From: Alkalispirochaeta sp.
GTDB lineage: Bacteria > Spirochaetota > Spirochaetia > DSM-27196 > Alkalispirochaetaceae
NCBI GenBank assembly: GCA_965242725.1
Contig: CBDESZ010000023.1
Location: forward strand, 1 to 64,000
DNA length: 64,000 bases
Direction: 5' to 3'
The translations under genes and the position numbers were made by a program. This document shows, piece by piece, positions 50,807 to 60,573 of the stretch (positions are counted from its first letter, which is position 1; every line of letters starts with the position of its first letter). The notes under the pieces are model-generated. The model searched no databases. It had not been told where the DNA came from and saw only the letters and a program-made list of their open reading frames with translations.

Positions 50807-53392
50807 TTACTCGTCCATTTCCATAATGGTTATCAGCCGTCGATAGGATGATCCTACGACGGCGGAGTACCCGTCTTTTCCGGCTTCGTCAAGCTCGTCT
50901 ATGAGCTGTTCAAGGCTGCCGAGGCTCTCCTGGACGGCGTTGAAAAAATTGCGATTGGGTTTAAACCAGTACCGACCGTCACGGTGGGCGTACAGGGCAA
51001 GGAAGCCCAGCTGTTTTGTGTTCCGCTTGACCGGCGCCAGTTCCAGAATGTGCGACAGGGCGTTCACCAGGTCTGCGGCGCCTTCCGGAAGGGTGTAAGT
51101 GAGCTTTCCGCTCCAGTCCTTCATCACCGTCGGATCGGCGGACAGATGTCTACCCACTCGAATGACCGTGGAAAGGCGCTCGCCGTTCATGAGGTTGTAG
51201 CCGTCGAGTTCCACCCGGGCACGGACCTTTCCGGCGTTGCCCGGAATCCGCGGCGCCTTGCCGTCCCTGTACAGTCGCGCCAGTTCCCGCCAGGGAAGCA
51301 CGGCGATCTTTTTCTTTCCCTTGTAGGGGACCAGCGGAAAGGCGGCCCCTCCAATTTGAATCTGCCACGTCGTATCCCGCTGTTCCTGCGCTCCCTTGTC
51401 GCCTTCACCGGCGGCGTCCTTTTTCCGGCGTCCTCCCGACTGCGTTTTCCGAAGCTCGGCGTACAGATCCTCTGAAATAGCCCGCAACGCTTCCTTTCGG
51501 ATGGGAGAGACGCTCCTCGCCCATGTTCGGCTCGTCCGTACGATCTCGCCGGCAACGATAAACGGCGGTGTTTCGCGAAACATACCCGACCCGGGATGTA
51601 TCTGGATTCGCTCTGCGGTGAGACTTTGATACACGCCCTTTCCGTTGTGAATACAGACAAACTGAATGAGTCCGCGGCCGATCGCCGCGAGGTAATCCGT
51701 CCGGGAGCCTCCCGATGAAATGGGCACTCCCATATCACCGACGATCTCCGACAGTTGATCGTTCACGTTACTGATTTCCGCCATTGTCCGCGGATCGAGA
51801 TAGCGGCTGTCGCAGAACTTCTTCTTGTCCGGTGCGCTTCGGTATGCTTCAAAGAGGCGCAGATAACTGACGAAATCGCCAAGGTCGTCACGGTAATGGT
51901 GGTGAGCGCGACGGGCCTCGGTTTCTTCTCCGGGGGGAAGGACAAAGGGTGTCGGTGAGGTGAGAAAGGAGACGGCGATCAGGATCTCTTCAAGCACATG
52001 GGGGTACCGTTTAACCCCTTCCACGATAATCCGGGAATGTCGCGGCAGAAGAGGGAATATCGCCATCATCTCACCGATGGAGGTGAGCTTCCGGTCTTCG
52101 TCAAGGGCGTCCAGGAGGCGCAGCGTCTCGATGGCACCAAGAATATTGCCCACCCCCGGGGAGGAAATGAAATCGAAACTTTCAAATTCGCTGATGCCCA
52201 GCTCGGCCATGCGCAGGACAACCTCGGAGAGATCGGTTCTGTAGATCTCGTCCTCCTGAAAGAGCGGTCGATCCTCAAAATCCTTCCTGCTGTACAGACG
52301 GTAGCAGCGTCCCGGCTGCGTGCGGCCCGCCCGCCCGCGGCGCTGATTGGCGCTCGCCTTTGAAATGGGACCTTCAATAAGTGCCGAGGTATAGGTGCGG
52401 GGATTGTAGAAGTTGGTCTTTGCAAGACCGCTGTCGATAACGACGGTAATTCCGTCGATGGTGATACTCGTTTCGGCGATATTGGTGGCAAGGACGATTT
52501 TCGTCTTTCCCTGCGGGGGAGGGGGAAAGACCGCGTCCTGCTCTTCCTTGCTTAAACGTCCGTAGAGAGGAAGAATGTACATGCGTGACCGCATGGGAAG
52601 GGCGTAGAGACGGGTCATGCAGTCCTTAATCATCTGTTCTCCCGAGAGAAAGACGAGAATATCACCGGCCACATCCTCTTCCAGCACTCTCCTGATAATC
52701 GCAACCACCCGGTCTATTCGCGCGTCATAGGCAAGAATCCGCTCGTCCCGCTGATTGACGCGGTAACCTTTCCGTTCAGCCTCCTGGGCGGCCTGTTTCT
52801 TCACCTCCGATACTTTCGGATCATCATAGATTACCTGTACGGGATACATCGGCGTCTCGATGCGTACCACGGGACAGGAATCGAAGTACTGGCTGAAAAT
52901 GTCGGCGTTGATCGTCGCGGAAGAAACGATGATATGGAGATCATCCCGGAGTTCCAGCGCCCGTTTGAGCAGACCCAGAACAAAATCGATATTCAGACTG
53001 CGTTCGTGCGCTTCGTCGACCATGATGACCGAATAGTCCTTCAAATACTGGTCGTTCTTGATCTCCTGGAGCAGGATCCCGTCGGTCATGATTTTAATGC
53101 GTGTTTCCTGAACCGTTTCGTCGTAGAAACGCATTTTATACCCGACAATGCCCGGTATGGTGCTGTCGAGCTGGGCGGCGACGTAGGAACTGACCGATAC
53201 CGCGGCGATGCGACGTGGCTGGGTGACGCCGATCACCCCGTCACGGGAGTATCCCGCCTCGTGCAGAATGATGGGCAGCTGCGTCGTCTTTCCGCTTCCC
53301 GTGGGGCTTTCCACGACGACGACACGGTGGGACTTCAGTGCTGTGAGGATGCGATCCCGCTGTTGATATACCGGTAGCTCTTTTGGATTCAT
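50807..53392 (-). CDS. hrpA: DEAH-box ATP-dependent RNA helicase
   Basis: SPTGSGKTTQ, TQPRR, DEAH, SAT, ATNIAETS, QRRGRAGR. Confidence 0.92.
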   Translation of the reverse strand: MNPKELPVYQQRDRILTALKSHRVVVVESPTGSGKTTQLPIILHEAGYSRDGVIGVTQPRRIAAVSVSSYVAAQLDSTIPGIVGYKMRFYDETVQETRIKIMTDGILLQEIKNDQYLKDYSVIMVDEAHERSLNIDFVLGLLKRALELRDDLHIIVSSATINADIFSQYFDSCPVVRIETPMYPVQVIYDDPKVSEVKKQAAQEAERKGYRVNQRDERILAYDARIDRVVAIIRRVLEEDVAGDILVFLSGEQMIKDCMTRLYALPMRSRMYILPLYGRLSKEEQDAVFPPPPQGKTKIVLATNIAETSITIDGITVVIDSGLAKTNFYNPRTYTSALIEGPISKASANQRRGRAGRTQPGRCYRLYSRKDFEDRPLFQEDEIYRTDLSEVVLRMAELGISEFESFDFISSPGVGNILGAIETLRLLDALDEDRKLTSIGEMMAIFPLLPRHSRIIVEGVKRYPHVLEEILIAVSFLTSPTPFVLPPGEETEARRAHHHYRDDLGDFVSYLRLFEAYRSAPDKKKFCDSRYLDPRTMAEISNVNDQLSEIVGDMGVPISSGGSRTDYLAAIGRGLIQFVCIHNGKGVYQSLTAERIQIHPGSGMFRETPPFIVAGEIVRTSRTWARSVSPIRKEALRAISEDLYAELRKTQSGGRRKKDAAGEGDKGAQEQRDTTWQIQIGGAAFPLVPYKGKKKIAVLPWRELARLYRDGKAPRIPGNAGKVRARVELDGYNLMNGERLSTVIRVGRHLSADPTVMKDWSGKLTYTLPEGAADLVNALSHILELAPVKRNTKQLGFLALYAHRDGRYWFKPNRNFFNAVQESLGSLEQLIDELDEAGKDGYSAVVGSSYRRLITIMEMDE

Positions 53393-54693
53393 GCCCCTAT
53401 TGTAGCGACTACACCATTGATGTCCAGATCTTTCACATTTTCCCTGCTGCCGAGGATGCGGAGGTTCACAGTTCCCGCCTCATATTCCACGCGGCCGCAG
53501 ATGACGGCGTAGGGAATACCCTTCTTTTCTGCAAAAGCAAACTGTTGCCCAAGCTTTTTTGACTCCGGAAATACTTCACAGCGAAGACCCCGTCGTCGAA
53601 ACTGTTCCGCCAGATAATGGTAGTGGGCTATCAGCGACTCATCCTGCATTGTAATGAGCACATCCGCGGAAGCTGTTGCCGAAGTGTCGTCGGAGAGTTC
53701 TTCCAGGGCGGCCAACAGGCGGTCGAGGCCGATCGAGGCACCGACTCCCGGCATCGCCTCCTTGCTGTACAAGCCGACAAGGTCGTCATAGCGTCCGCCG
53801 GAACAAACCGAGCCGATATTTTCCACGCCCTGCAGGAAGGTTTCAAAGACAATGCCCGTATAGTAGTCCAGGCCGCGGGTTATCGACGGATCGAGTTGAA
53901 TATGTTGTGCCAGTCCAAGCTCGTCCACCGCTGCGGCGATCGATCGAAGGCGCCGGGTATCCTCGGAAGCACCTCCCGCCAGCGCTTCAAGGACGGTGAT
54001 GATCTCCTCAGGCGTGCCCGTCGCCTCAATGAACTGCAGAATACCGTCGGCGACGACGGGTCCCACCAGCTCCGCGAGCTGGCTCCGCGTCTTTTCTCGG
54101 CCGACTTTGCGGATCTTGTCCACACTTCGCAGGACCTCTTCGGTCCGGTGGGATACCCCGTTGTGGGCGAGAAAACGGTTGAAAACGCCCCTGTGGGAAA
54201 TGTGAATAGTGATGCCCTCGACACCGAGCGCCCGGAATGCGGAGACGATCATGAGAATGATCTCCAGATCAGCCGATTCCGCCGTCGTGCCGACGATATC
54301 AAAATCGCATTGAGTAAACTCCCGATATCGTCCGCGCTGCGTGTTTTCACCGCGAAAGACCTTTCCCACGTGGTATCGCTTGAATGGAAGGTAGAGTTCC
54401 GGTCTGTGGAGCGCCATGTACCGTGCAAAAGGGACGGTGAGGTCAAATCGCATCGCCACGTCGCGGGAACCGTTATCGATAAAGCGGTACACCTGTTTGT
54501 CCGTTTCGCCGCCCCCCTTGCCGAGGAGGACTTCGGTATATTCCAGTACGGGCGTGTCTATGGGGACGAAGCCGAACGATGAAAAACAGTCTTCCAGAAT
54601 ACGCGTCAAATCGCGGCGGCGCATTTCCGCATCGGGAAGGAAATCTCTAAAACCTTTGAGGACTTTCGGTTCAATCTGCATGGGAATATTCAT
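53389..54693 (-). CDS. hisS: Histidyl-tRNA synthetase
   Basis: LKGFRDF, RFDLTVP, GRYREF.QCD, RGLDYYTG, GGRYD. Confidence 0.96.
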   Translation of the reverse strand: MNIPMQIEPKVLKGFRDFLPDAEMRRRDLTRILEDCFSSFGFVPIDTPVLEYTEVLLGKGGGETDKQVYRFIDNGSRDVAMRFDLTVPFARYMALHRPELYLPFKRYHVGKVFRGENTQRGRYREFTQCDFDIVGTTAESADLEIILMIVSAFRALGVEGITIHISHRGVFNRFLAHNGVSHRTEEVLRSVDKIRKVGREKTRSQLAELVGPVVADGILQFIEATGTPEEIITVLEALAGGASEDTRRLRSIAAAVDELGLAQHIQLDPSITRGLDYYTGIVFETFLQGVENIGSVCSGGRYDDLVGLYSKEAMPGVGASIGLDRLLAALEELSDDTSATASADVLITMQDESLIAHYHYLAEQFRRRGLRCEVFPESKKLGQQFAFAEKKGIPYAVICGRVEYEAGTVNLRILGSRENVKDLDINGVVATIGA

Positions 54694-54754
54694 ATACTAC
54701 TCGGGAAGGGACCGCAAGGCCGACGGCGGCCGTGAAATTTGTTAATTTCAACGT

Positions 54755-55210
54755 ATGACCATTGCAGAACAACAGCGTGAGGAAGCACGAATCTACCGGG
54801 AAATGGTTCCCCGTATTGTCGAATCCCTTCTGACGGGAGAAGAACCCGTCGGAGCGTCACAGCGATTGGCGGAACAGTTCGAGATGGATCGCGCCCTTGT
54901 ATACAAGTGGTTTCAGTTGACCGAAGCGGATCTCGAACGGCACCGGAAGAAATATGCCTGGCGGCATGTCATTCCCCTGTGGGTCGCCGCCGCGGGAATG
55001 GCGGCCCTCGTTGTTGCGGCCCTATCCGGTGTTCTCTCTCTGACCGGAGGGTGGCCTCCCTGGGCGCTCGGTTTTCTCGTCGTCGTGGAAGGAGCGATCG
55101 GTCTTCGCCTCTTCGGTCTGAAAAGAAGGGCCTATTACAGACGTCTCCGGAAACTCAGCTCCGATGAGGAAGTGGCGATAGGCGGTGACGGCACCACAAA
55201 AGAGACGTGA
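54755..55210 (+). CDS. Hypothetical membrane protein (2 TM)
   Basis: 151-aa ORF with two hydrophobic segments filling the intergenic space. Confidence 0.6.
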   Translation: MTIAEQQREEARIYREMVPRIVESLLTGEEPVGASQRLAEQFEMDRALVYKWFQLTEADLERHRKKYAWRHVIPLWVAAAGMAALVVAALSGVLSLTGGWPPWALGFLVVVEGAIGLRLFGLKRRAYYRRLRKLSSDEEVAIGGDGTTKET

Positions 55211-55214
55211 TTTT

Positions 55215-55243
55215 TTTACATCGCCGGAATTTCCTGATATACT
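55215..55243 (+). promoter_or_regulatory. sigma70 promoter of candidate small RNA
   Basis: TTTACA, 17-bp spacer, TATACT. Confidence 0.7.
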
Positions 55244-55249
55244 GTGACT

Positions 55250-55329
55250 CTCAGAGTCGACATTTTTACCTGACGGAGAATGTCGGCGCCTAAGGAGGTA
55301 GCTGTCGGGTGGTCCCGACAGCTTTTTTT
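55250..55329 (+). ncRNA. Candidate ~80-nt structured small RNA or cis-regulatory leader
   Basis: Promoter; 11-bp hairpin GTCGACATTTT/AGAATGTCGGC; linker TAAGGAGGT; terminator AGCTGTCGGG-TGGT-CCCGACAGCT-TTTTTT. Confidence 0.55.
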
Positions 55330-55379
55330 ATCTTCCGCCTCGACTCTTGCCGTCGTCCAATGGTACATTTGCCGCTCTT

Positions 55380-56318
55380 ATGAACATGGAAGCTTTTGTA
55401 CTCGGAACGGGTGGCGCCATGCCGTTGCCCAACCGTCATCTTACTTCCGTTCTCTTGCGCCGCGAAGGCGAGGTGTTTCTTTTTGACGCCGGTGAGGGAA
55501 CTCAGGTGAGTCTTCGCGCATTGAATCTCAAGTGGAAAAAAATAAGCGCGATTCTTATTTCCCACACCCACGCCGACCACGTCACCGGTCTTCCGGGAAT
55601 GCTTATGCTCTCCAGCCAGGCTGATCGGCAGGATCCTCTGTACGTCATAGGCCCCCCGCGAATCCGCGAATACGTGGAGGCGAATCGGCGCGCCCTAGAA
55701 ATGTATATCAATTACGAAATCCGTGTTGAAGAAATCGCCGATCCCTCTCTACCCCGGATCGTCTTTGAAGGAAATGGATTCGCAATCCGATCCTTTCCGC
55801 TGCGCCACTCCCGGGTTTGTGTGGGGTACAGTCTGATCGAATCTCCCCGGCCCGGCGTCTTTTTCCCGGAGAAGGCCGACGCCCTTGGCGTCCCGCGCGG
55901 TCCCCTCTGGGCGCGGCTGCAGGCGGGTGAGACGGTACACCTTGAAGACGGGACGCCCGTCTCACCCGGGCAGGTTCTCGGTCCCGAGCGGCGGGGCCGA
56001 AAATTCAGTTATGTGACGGATACCCTTCCCCTCGACACCATTCCCGCCGAGGTTGCCGACTCCGATCTGTTGATCAGTGAGGGGATGTTTACGGAGGAGC
56101 ACCGGGAGAGTGCCAGGGCAAAAAAACACATGACCGCCGGCGACGCGGCCAGGATTGCCCAACAGGCGGGCGGAGTCGAACGGATGGGATTGATCCACTA
56201 CAGTCCACGATTCACCAACCGCCAACTGAAAGAACTCCTGAAGGAAGCGTCGTCCATATTCCCCCGCACTTTTCTCACCCGGGACCGCATGAATATCGAT
56301 ATTCCCTATCGGGATTGA
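55380..56318 (+). CDS. rnz: Ribonuclease Z
   Basis: LGTGGAMP, DAGEGTQ, SHTHADH, GVPRGP exosite, HYSPR. Confidence 0.95.
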   Translation: MNMEAFVLGTGGAMPLPNRHLTSVLLRREGEVFLFDAGEGTQVSLRALNLKWKKISAILISHTHADHVTGLPGMLMLSSQADRQDPLYVIGPPRIREYVEANRRALEMYINYEIRVEEIADPSLPRIVFEGNGFAIRSFPLRHSRVCVGYSLIESPRPGVFFPEKADALGVPRGPLWARLQAGETVHLEDGTPVSPGQVLGPERRGRKFSYVTDTLPLDTIPAEVADSDLLISEGMFTEEHRESARAKKHMTAGDAARIAQQAGGVERMGLIHYSPRFTNRQLKELLKEASSIFPRTFLTRDRMNIDIPYRD

Positions 56319-57409
56319 GACATGAGGTACTCCCGGTAGCGTTGCGGATCGGGAGAAAATCCGACGATTTTCCCGGACGACCTGGCGGCTCGTTTTGCGG
56401 CGGTCCTGCTTTCATTCAGCATTCGTTCACCGTTGACGAGTCGTCCGTTTCGTGCGGTTGCGCCGCAGTAAAAATCCGCCGTCGGCGCGTTCCATTCGAT
56501 ACGACGTTCCCAGTAATAGAGCTGAAAACGCTCGACCTGACCGAGCGCATCGGTAAGAGATGTGCCGGGAAAGACGGTCACGATTTCATTGCCGGGCAAG
56601 GGGAAACAGAGGTCCCTGAATCCGAAAAACTCCTCCACGGCACGGATATTTCTGTCGTTCCCTGCACCGTCGGAACCGGTAAAGACTAACGCCGCGACGG
56701 TGAGATCCTGGTCCTGATAGGCCGCGCGCTCCAGCTCGAGGGACAATTTATCCTTCAGCGCATCCAGGTGAGATCTGTTTAGCGTCCGATCAGGATCGGC
56801 GACGCTGATCTCCGACGTGACGACGGCGGGACCCTCGTGGTCCGGCGGCGTCGATCTCGACGCCCGTGATTTCGGCGGGATCATATGAACGAGGGCGATC
56901 GTCGTTACGACGGCAAGAAACCCGAGAATGGCGATCAGCGTCAACCGAAGGAGTGGAAAGACCGACCCGCCGTCGAGCACGGGAAATACCGCCGTGATAA
57001 TGCGTTGATCACCGCCGGGAAGACGGAATGTGCGGCTGAACCGGCGGTGCACGATGTCATTCATCGTGATCGGCGGCGGAACCGCGAATGGCGTGTAATG
57101 CGGGTCCGACAGGAAACGCCCGTCCCGGGCCCACAGATAGTCGACACCAACGTCAAAGGAGTAGACGCCGATAACGAGCGGTTGCGGTGACGTCGACGCA
57201 AAGGCCGTCGCCAGACCCTGCGCAGCGTCGGGGAGGTCAAAGTCCGTCCAGCGCCGTTCCGCCGTGACGGCCAGTGAATTAAAAACGGTTCGTGCCCGTT
57301 CTTCATTGATTTCCCGGATCCGGACCAACTGGAAAAGGAAGATGACCGTTACTATCGCGAAGAAAAGGATCGTTCCGACGATGTACAACCGCCCATACTC
57401 TCGTTTCAT
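56306..57409 (-). CDS. Two-TM membrane protein with degenerate GGDEF-like domain
   Basis: TM-periplasmic-TM; KLSLELERAAYQDQDLTVA...DLCFPLPGNEIVTVFPGT follows the GGDEF fold pattern without catalytic residues. Confidence 0.6.
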   Translation of the reverse strand: MKREYGRLYIVGTILFFAIVTVIFLFQLVRIREINEERARTVFNSLAVTAERRWTDFDLPDAAQGLATAFASTSPQPLVIGVYSFDVGVDYLWARDGRFLSDPHYTPFAVPPPITMNDIVHRRFSRTFRLPGGDQRIITAVFPVLDGGSVFPLLRLTLIAILGFLAVVTTIALVHMIPPKSRASRSTPPDHEGPAVVTSEISVADPDRTLNRSHLDALKDKLSLELERAAYQDQDLTVAALVFTGSDGAGNDRNIRAVEEFFGFRDLCFPLPGNEIVTVFPGTSLTDALGQVERFQLYYWERRIEWNAPTADFYCGATARNGRLVNGERMLNESRTAAKRAARSSGKIVGFSPDPQRYREYLMSQSR

Positions 57410-57416
57410 CTCAGTT

Positions 57417-59042
57417 TCAGTATCGGCTCAAACGGGAAAAAATGAAACCCCGCACCTTTCCGATAAGATCGACGACCCGCCGGTCCGGAGATCCGGAACT
57501 GTCTGTGATCGTTGAGAGAAGGGGAAGGTGTGCCCGCCCGTGAGCACCCAGCAGACCCATAATCAGAGGTGTTGCCTCATCACCGTGGCCGACGATCTTC
57601 CGTTCCAGACGATTGAGTTCTTCCACATGGTTTTCCCAGAATTTCCGGATATCCATTCCGGTGAAGCTTTGTGCGCGGTGAACGGTGCGTGCTCCGGCTG
57701 CGAGGATATCCGCGGTTCGCGTCTTCTGCGCCGCCATCCCCGGCATTTCAAATATCGGACCCTGATCGCCGTCGCGTGGTGATCTCAACGTAGCCGCCGG
57801 ATAGACCTGATCGGAGAAGAAGGATTCCATCGGACGGAGTCGGGACGCCCTCATCTGCGCAAGGGTGTAGTGATAGGTTCCCCGGGCGTATGTTTTTCCC
57901 CGGGGATAGGAGAAATCCGCACCGATAACTTCCGCAACGGATCCTCCGTTTCGGAGTACAAGCCGCAGCGCCGTTTCCGTAACGTTCCGGCTTCCCGGAA
58001 CGAGGAGCATGGGAAGACCTTCCGCTGCGAGGAGCGTGTGCAGGGGATGGGCGCTGCCGAGAGGAACGAATACCTTCCCGCATGCGGGCAGGGACGGGGT
58101 GACTCCCCAATCGCCCCAGACCACCGGCACGGCCGCAGGGAGCGCACGAAAGTGGAGAGGACTCCATCCCTGGGGATCAAGGGTAACCACACCGGTGAAG
58201 CTGCACCGCCGTCGTATCAGCGCGGGGAGTGCGGTGTCAACGACAATGTTGTTCAGCCCGTCCGCAACGCATCGCCCGGCGGTGGACGAGCGCCGGAGAA
58301 ATGTGTCAAGGGAAGGTCCGGCAGCAAGAATGCGATTTGGTCTCGACCGCACGACTTCGGCGGTACGGGAAACCGCCTCTTCCGCCTTTTGCAGGTTGAC
58401 CCTGAGGGTGTTTTCCACCGTGTGGGTAAACCATGCGCGGCTGTAACGGCGGATCGCCGCGTGTTCTCCGGCGATTTCCCGCATCGTCCGGGAGACAACA
58501 TTTCGGAGGGATTGAAAATGGGGCGCCTGTTCCGGTCTATCGGCCCACGGCCGGAGCTCATAGACGGACAGGCCGTCCCGAATCGCCGGCTGGTGGTGAG
58601 TTGTAATGAGACGCTGGAGTGTTTCCTCGTCCGTCGCGATATAGAGTCGATCCGTCCCAAAAGAAGCGGCCAGATCTATCTCCTCCAGTACCGTACGGAC
58701 CGTAGGGTACCCCTGTTCGGCGACAATGACCGTTGCAGATGGGAATCGCCTGAGGTATTCCCGGGGAACAAACATGGCGCCCATACCGAGAACCACTAGC
58801 GTCGCGGACGCACCGATAGCGTCGATCGCCCGTCGCGCCTCGTCAACGGGACGGTATCGGGAGTGAATCTGTAGAGGCTGTGCGGCGGAGTTTCCCGTAG
58901 TCGCGAGGGAGGGTGATCCGTCACGGGCCGTCTGGGGAAAGATGGCGTCATTGCGGCGTGCAGAGGCGACACGCTCTGCCACGTCGGGCTGACGGAGCGA
59001 CAGGGCGATGATGTTGTTCCTGAGTAGATCGGAGGGTCTCAC
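57417..59042 (-). CDS. Maf/DUF115 (MptE-like) family protein
   Basis: TARDG...IHSRYRPVDEA, LGMG, LAAGPSLD, VDTAL, LDPQ, GADFSY. Confidence 0.75.
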   Translation of the reverse strand: MRPSDLLRNNIIALSLRQPDVAERVASARRNDAIFPQTARDGSPSLATTGNSAAQPLQIHSRYRPVDEARRAIDAIGASATLVVLGMGAMFVPREYLRRFPSATVIVAEQGYPTVRTVLEEIDLAASFGTDRLYIATDEETLQRLITTHHQPAIRDGLSVYELRPWADRPEQAPHFQSLRNVVSRTMREIAGEHAAIRRYSRAWFTHTVENTLRVNLQKAEEAVSRTAEVVRSRPNRILAAGPSLDTFLRRSSTAGRCVADGLNNIVVDTALPALIRRRCSFTGVVTLDPQGWSPLHFRALPAAVPVVWGDWGVTPSLPACGKVFVPLGSAHPLHTLLAAEGLPMLLVPGSRNVTETALRLVLRNGGSVAEVIGADFSYPRGKTYARGTYHYTLAQMRASRLRPMESFFSDQVYPAATLRSPRDGDQGPIFEMPGMAAQKTRTADILAAGARTVHRAQSFTGMDIRKFWENHVEELNRLERKIVGHGDEATPLIMGLLGAHGRAHLPLLSTITDSSGSPDRRVVDLIGKVRGFIFSRLSRY

Positions 59043-59043
59043 A

Positions 59044-60573
59044 TCACCTCTCCACCCACCGCATCATCGACACCAGCTTCATTTTTCCTGCAGCCAGGGC
59101 GTGACGGAGCTCGCCCCGATCCCGCGACGCGGCAATTGTCTCCACCGGTGCGAGGTGCAGGAGTAACGATGTCACGGAATCCGTCGGCGTGCCCGTTTCC
59201 AGCATATCGTGCCAGTCGTTGAGAACGCTCATCGTGTGTCTGCGCCGTTCCGACAGGGACGGACGTTCGATGGGGGTGAAGGTGACGGAACCTCGTTTCA
59301 ATGCCGCCGGCCGTGGCGTGGTTCCGGCTGCGTCATATCGTGGAACGCCGCTTTCCCGCCAGGTGGGGGCGGACGAGAGGTTGTATACACTCCGTCGCCT
59401 GCGGATGCTTTCGATGCGTGTCGCGACGGGCTGGAGAAAGGCTGCCAGCGACGGCGTGCGAAAGGCTCTCGTACCGTCCGGCCACGACAGGGGAGGAATA
59501 TCACCGACCATTCCCGACCGTTCGGCCCGCAGCGTCGTATCGGGACGCAGTCGGTTCGTCCGGGCGTCGATGAATCGATCATTTGGATGGGGGCGTCCGT
59601 GGATGATAAGGTCGTACGTGCACAGATCGATGCCGATGAGATAAAGGGCGGACCCTTCAGGGAGCAGGGAGTCACTGTAGGCGAGGGTGGAACCGGTTAC
59701 TGTCGGAGCTTCTCCGATATGGGGCCATTCGCTTCCGTCTATTGCGAGGATGTCGCCGATCCAGCCGGAGCGGACGCAGATTTCCGGAAACGGTCCTCTG
59801 CCGGTTCCGCCGCTGCTGCGCAGGGATACCACCGTCGGAATCCGACGGCGATATCTCTTAGCCCAGAATCCGGCGTCTAGGTGGACGAGGATATCCGGGC
59901 TCACTCCCGCATGAAGCAGGGCGTCGGCGGCCGAGCTGGCCGCGATGACCACCGGTTCAACCGTCTTCAGAAAGTCCCGGGGCAGCGGTTGTGCCACCGA
60001 CGGTCCCCCGGCGCAGACGAGTGTCGCTCCGGCGTGGGTGCCTGGAACCAGCCGCTCTTCCAGCCTGATCGCTCTCCCCAGGGCGTTGCGGAGCCAGGTC
60101 ATGCCGAAGGAGGCAACTGTGTAGAGTTCGCTCTGACCATCCTGGACTCCCTGAACGACTCCCTGCTGCACCGATTCACTCCAGTCGGTGATGCACTGCA
60201 GCGCAGGAGGCCACAGGAACGCCTGGACTCTGGATACGTCGAGCAGGGTCAATGCATTTCTGATTCGACCGCGTATATCAAGTACATCCGGGACGGCAAT
60301 GGGAATGCGGTGTATCCTGCCGGAGAAATCACCCTGTACATGTTGAAAGGTCACCGCAATAACTTTCATTGACGGATATCGTTCCGCAAGGCGGCTGGAG
60401 AAGTAGGGTACACCCTCACCGATGACGATGACGACGCCGTCACTCCGCTCCGGCACAAAGCGGTCGAGGACGCGCTCCGCCTCTATACCCGGACGATATG
60501 ACGAGTGGAGAAATCTCCCGGCGACCCGGATCGTGGTGTTTCCATCAGCGGTGGGAAGCGTCTCGTATTGCAC
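59044..60573 (-). CDS. Maf/DUF115 (MptE-like) family protein
   Basis: TADG...FLHSSYRPGIEAER, GPSV, AASSA, LDAGFWA, PTVTG, GIDL. Confidence 0.7.
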   Translation of the reverse strand: MQYETLPTADGNTTIRVAGRFLHSSYRPGIEAERVLDRFVPERSDGVVIVIGEGVPYFSSRLAERYPSMKVIAVTFQHVQGDFSGRIHRIPIAVPDVLDIRGRIRNALTLLDVSRVQAFLWPPALQCITDWSESVQQGVVQGVQDGQSELYTVASFGMTWLRNALGRAIRLEERLVPGTHAGATLVCAGGPSVAQPLPRDFLKTVEPVVIAASSAADALLHAGVSPDILVHLDAGFWAKRYRRRIPTVVSLRSSGGTGRGPFPEICVRSGWIGDILAIDGSEWPHIGEAPTVTGSTLAYSDSLLPEGSALYLIGIDLCTYDLIIHGRPHPNDRFIDARTNRLRPDTTLRAERSGMVGDIPPLSWPDGTRAFRTPSLAAFLQPVATRIESIRRRRSVYNLSSAPTWRESGVPRYDAAGTTPRPAALKRGSVTFTPIERPSLSERRRHTMSVLNDWHDMLETGTPTDSVTSLLLHLAPVETIAASRDRGELRHALAAGKMKLVSMMRWVER

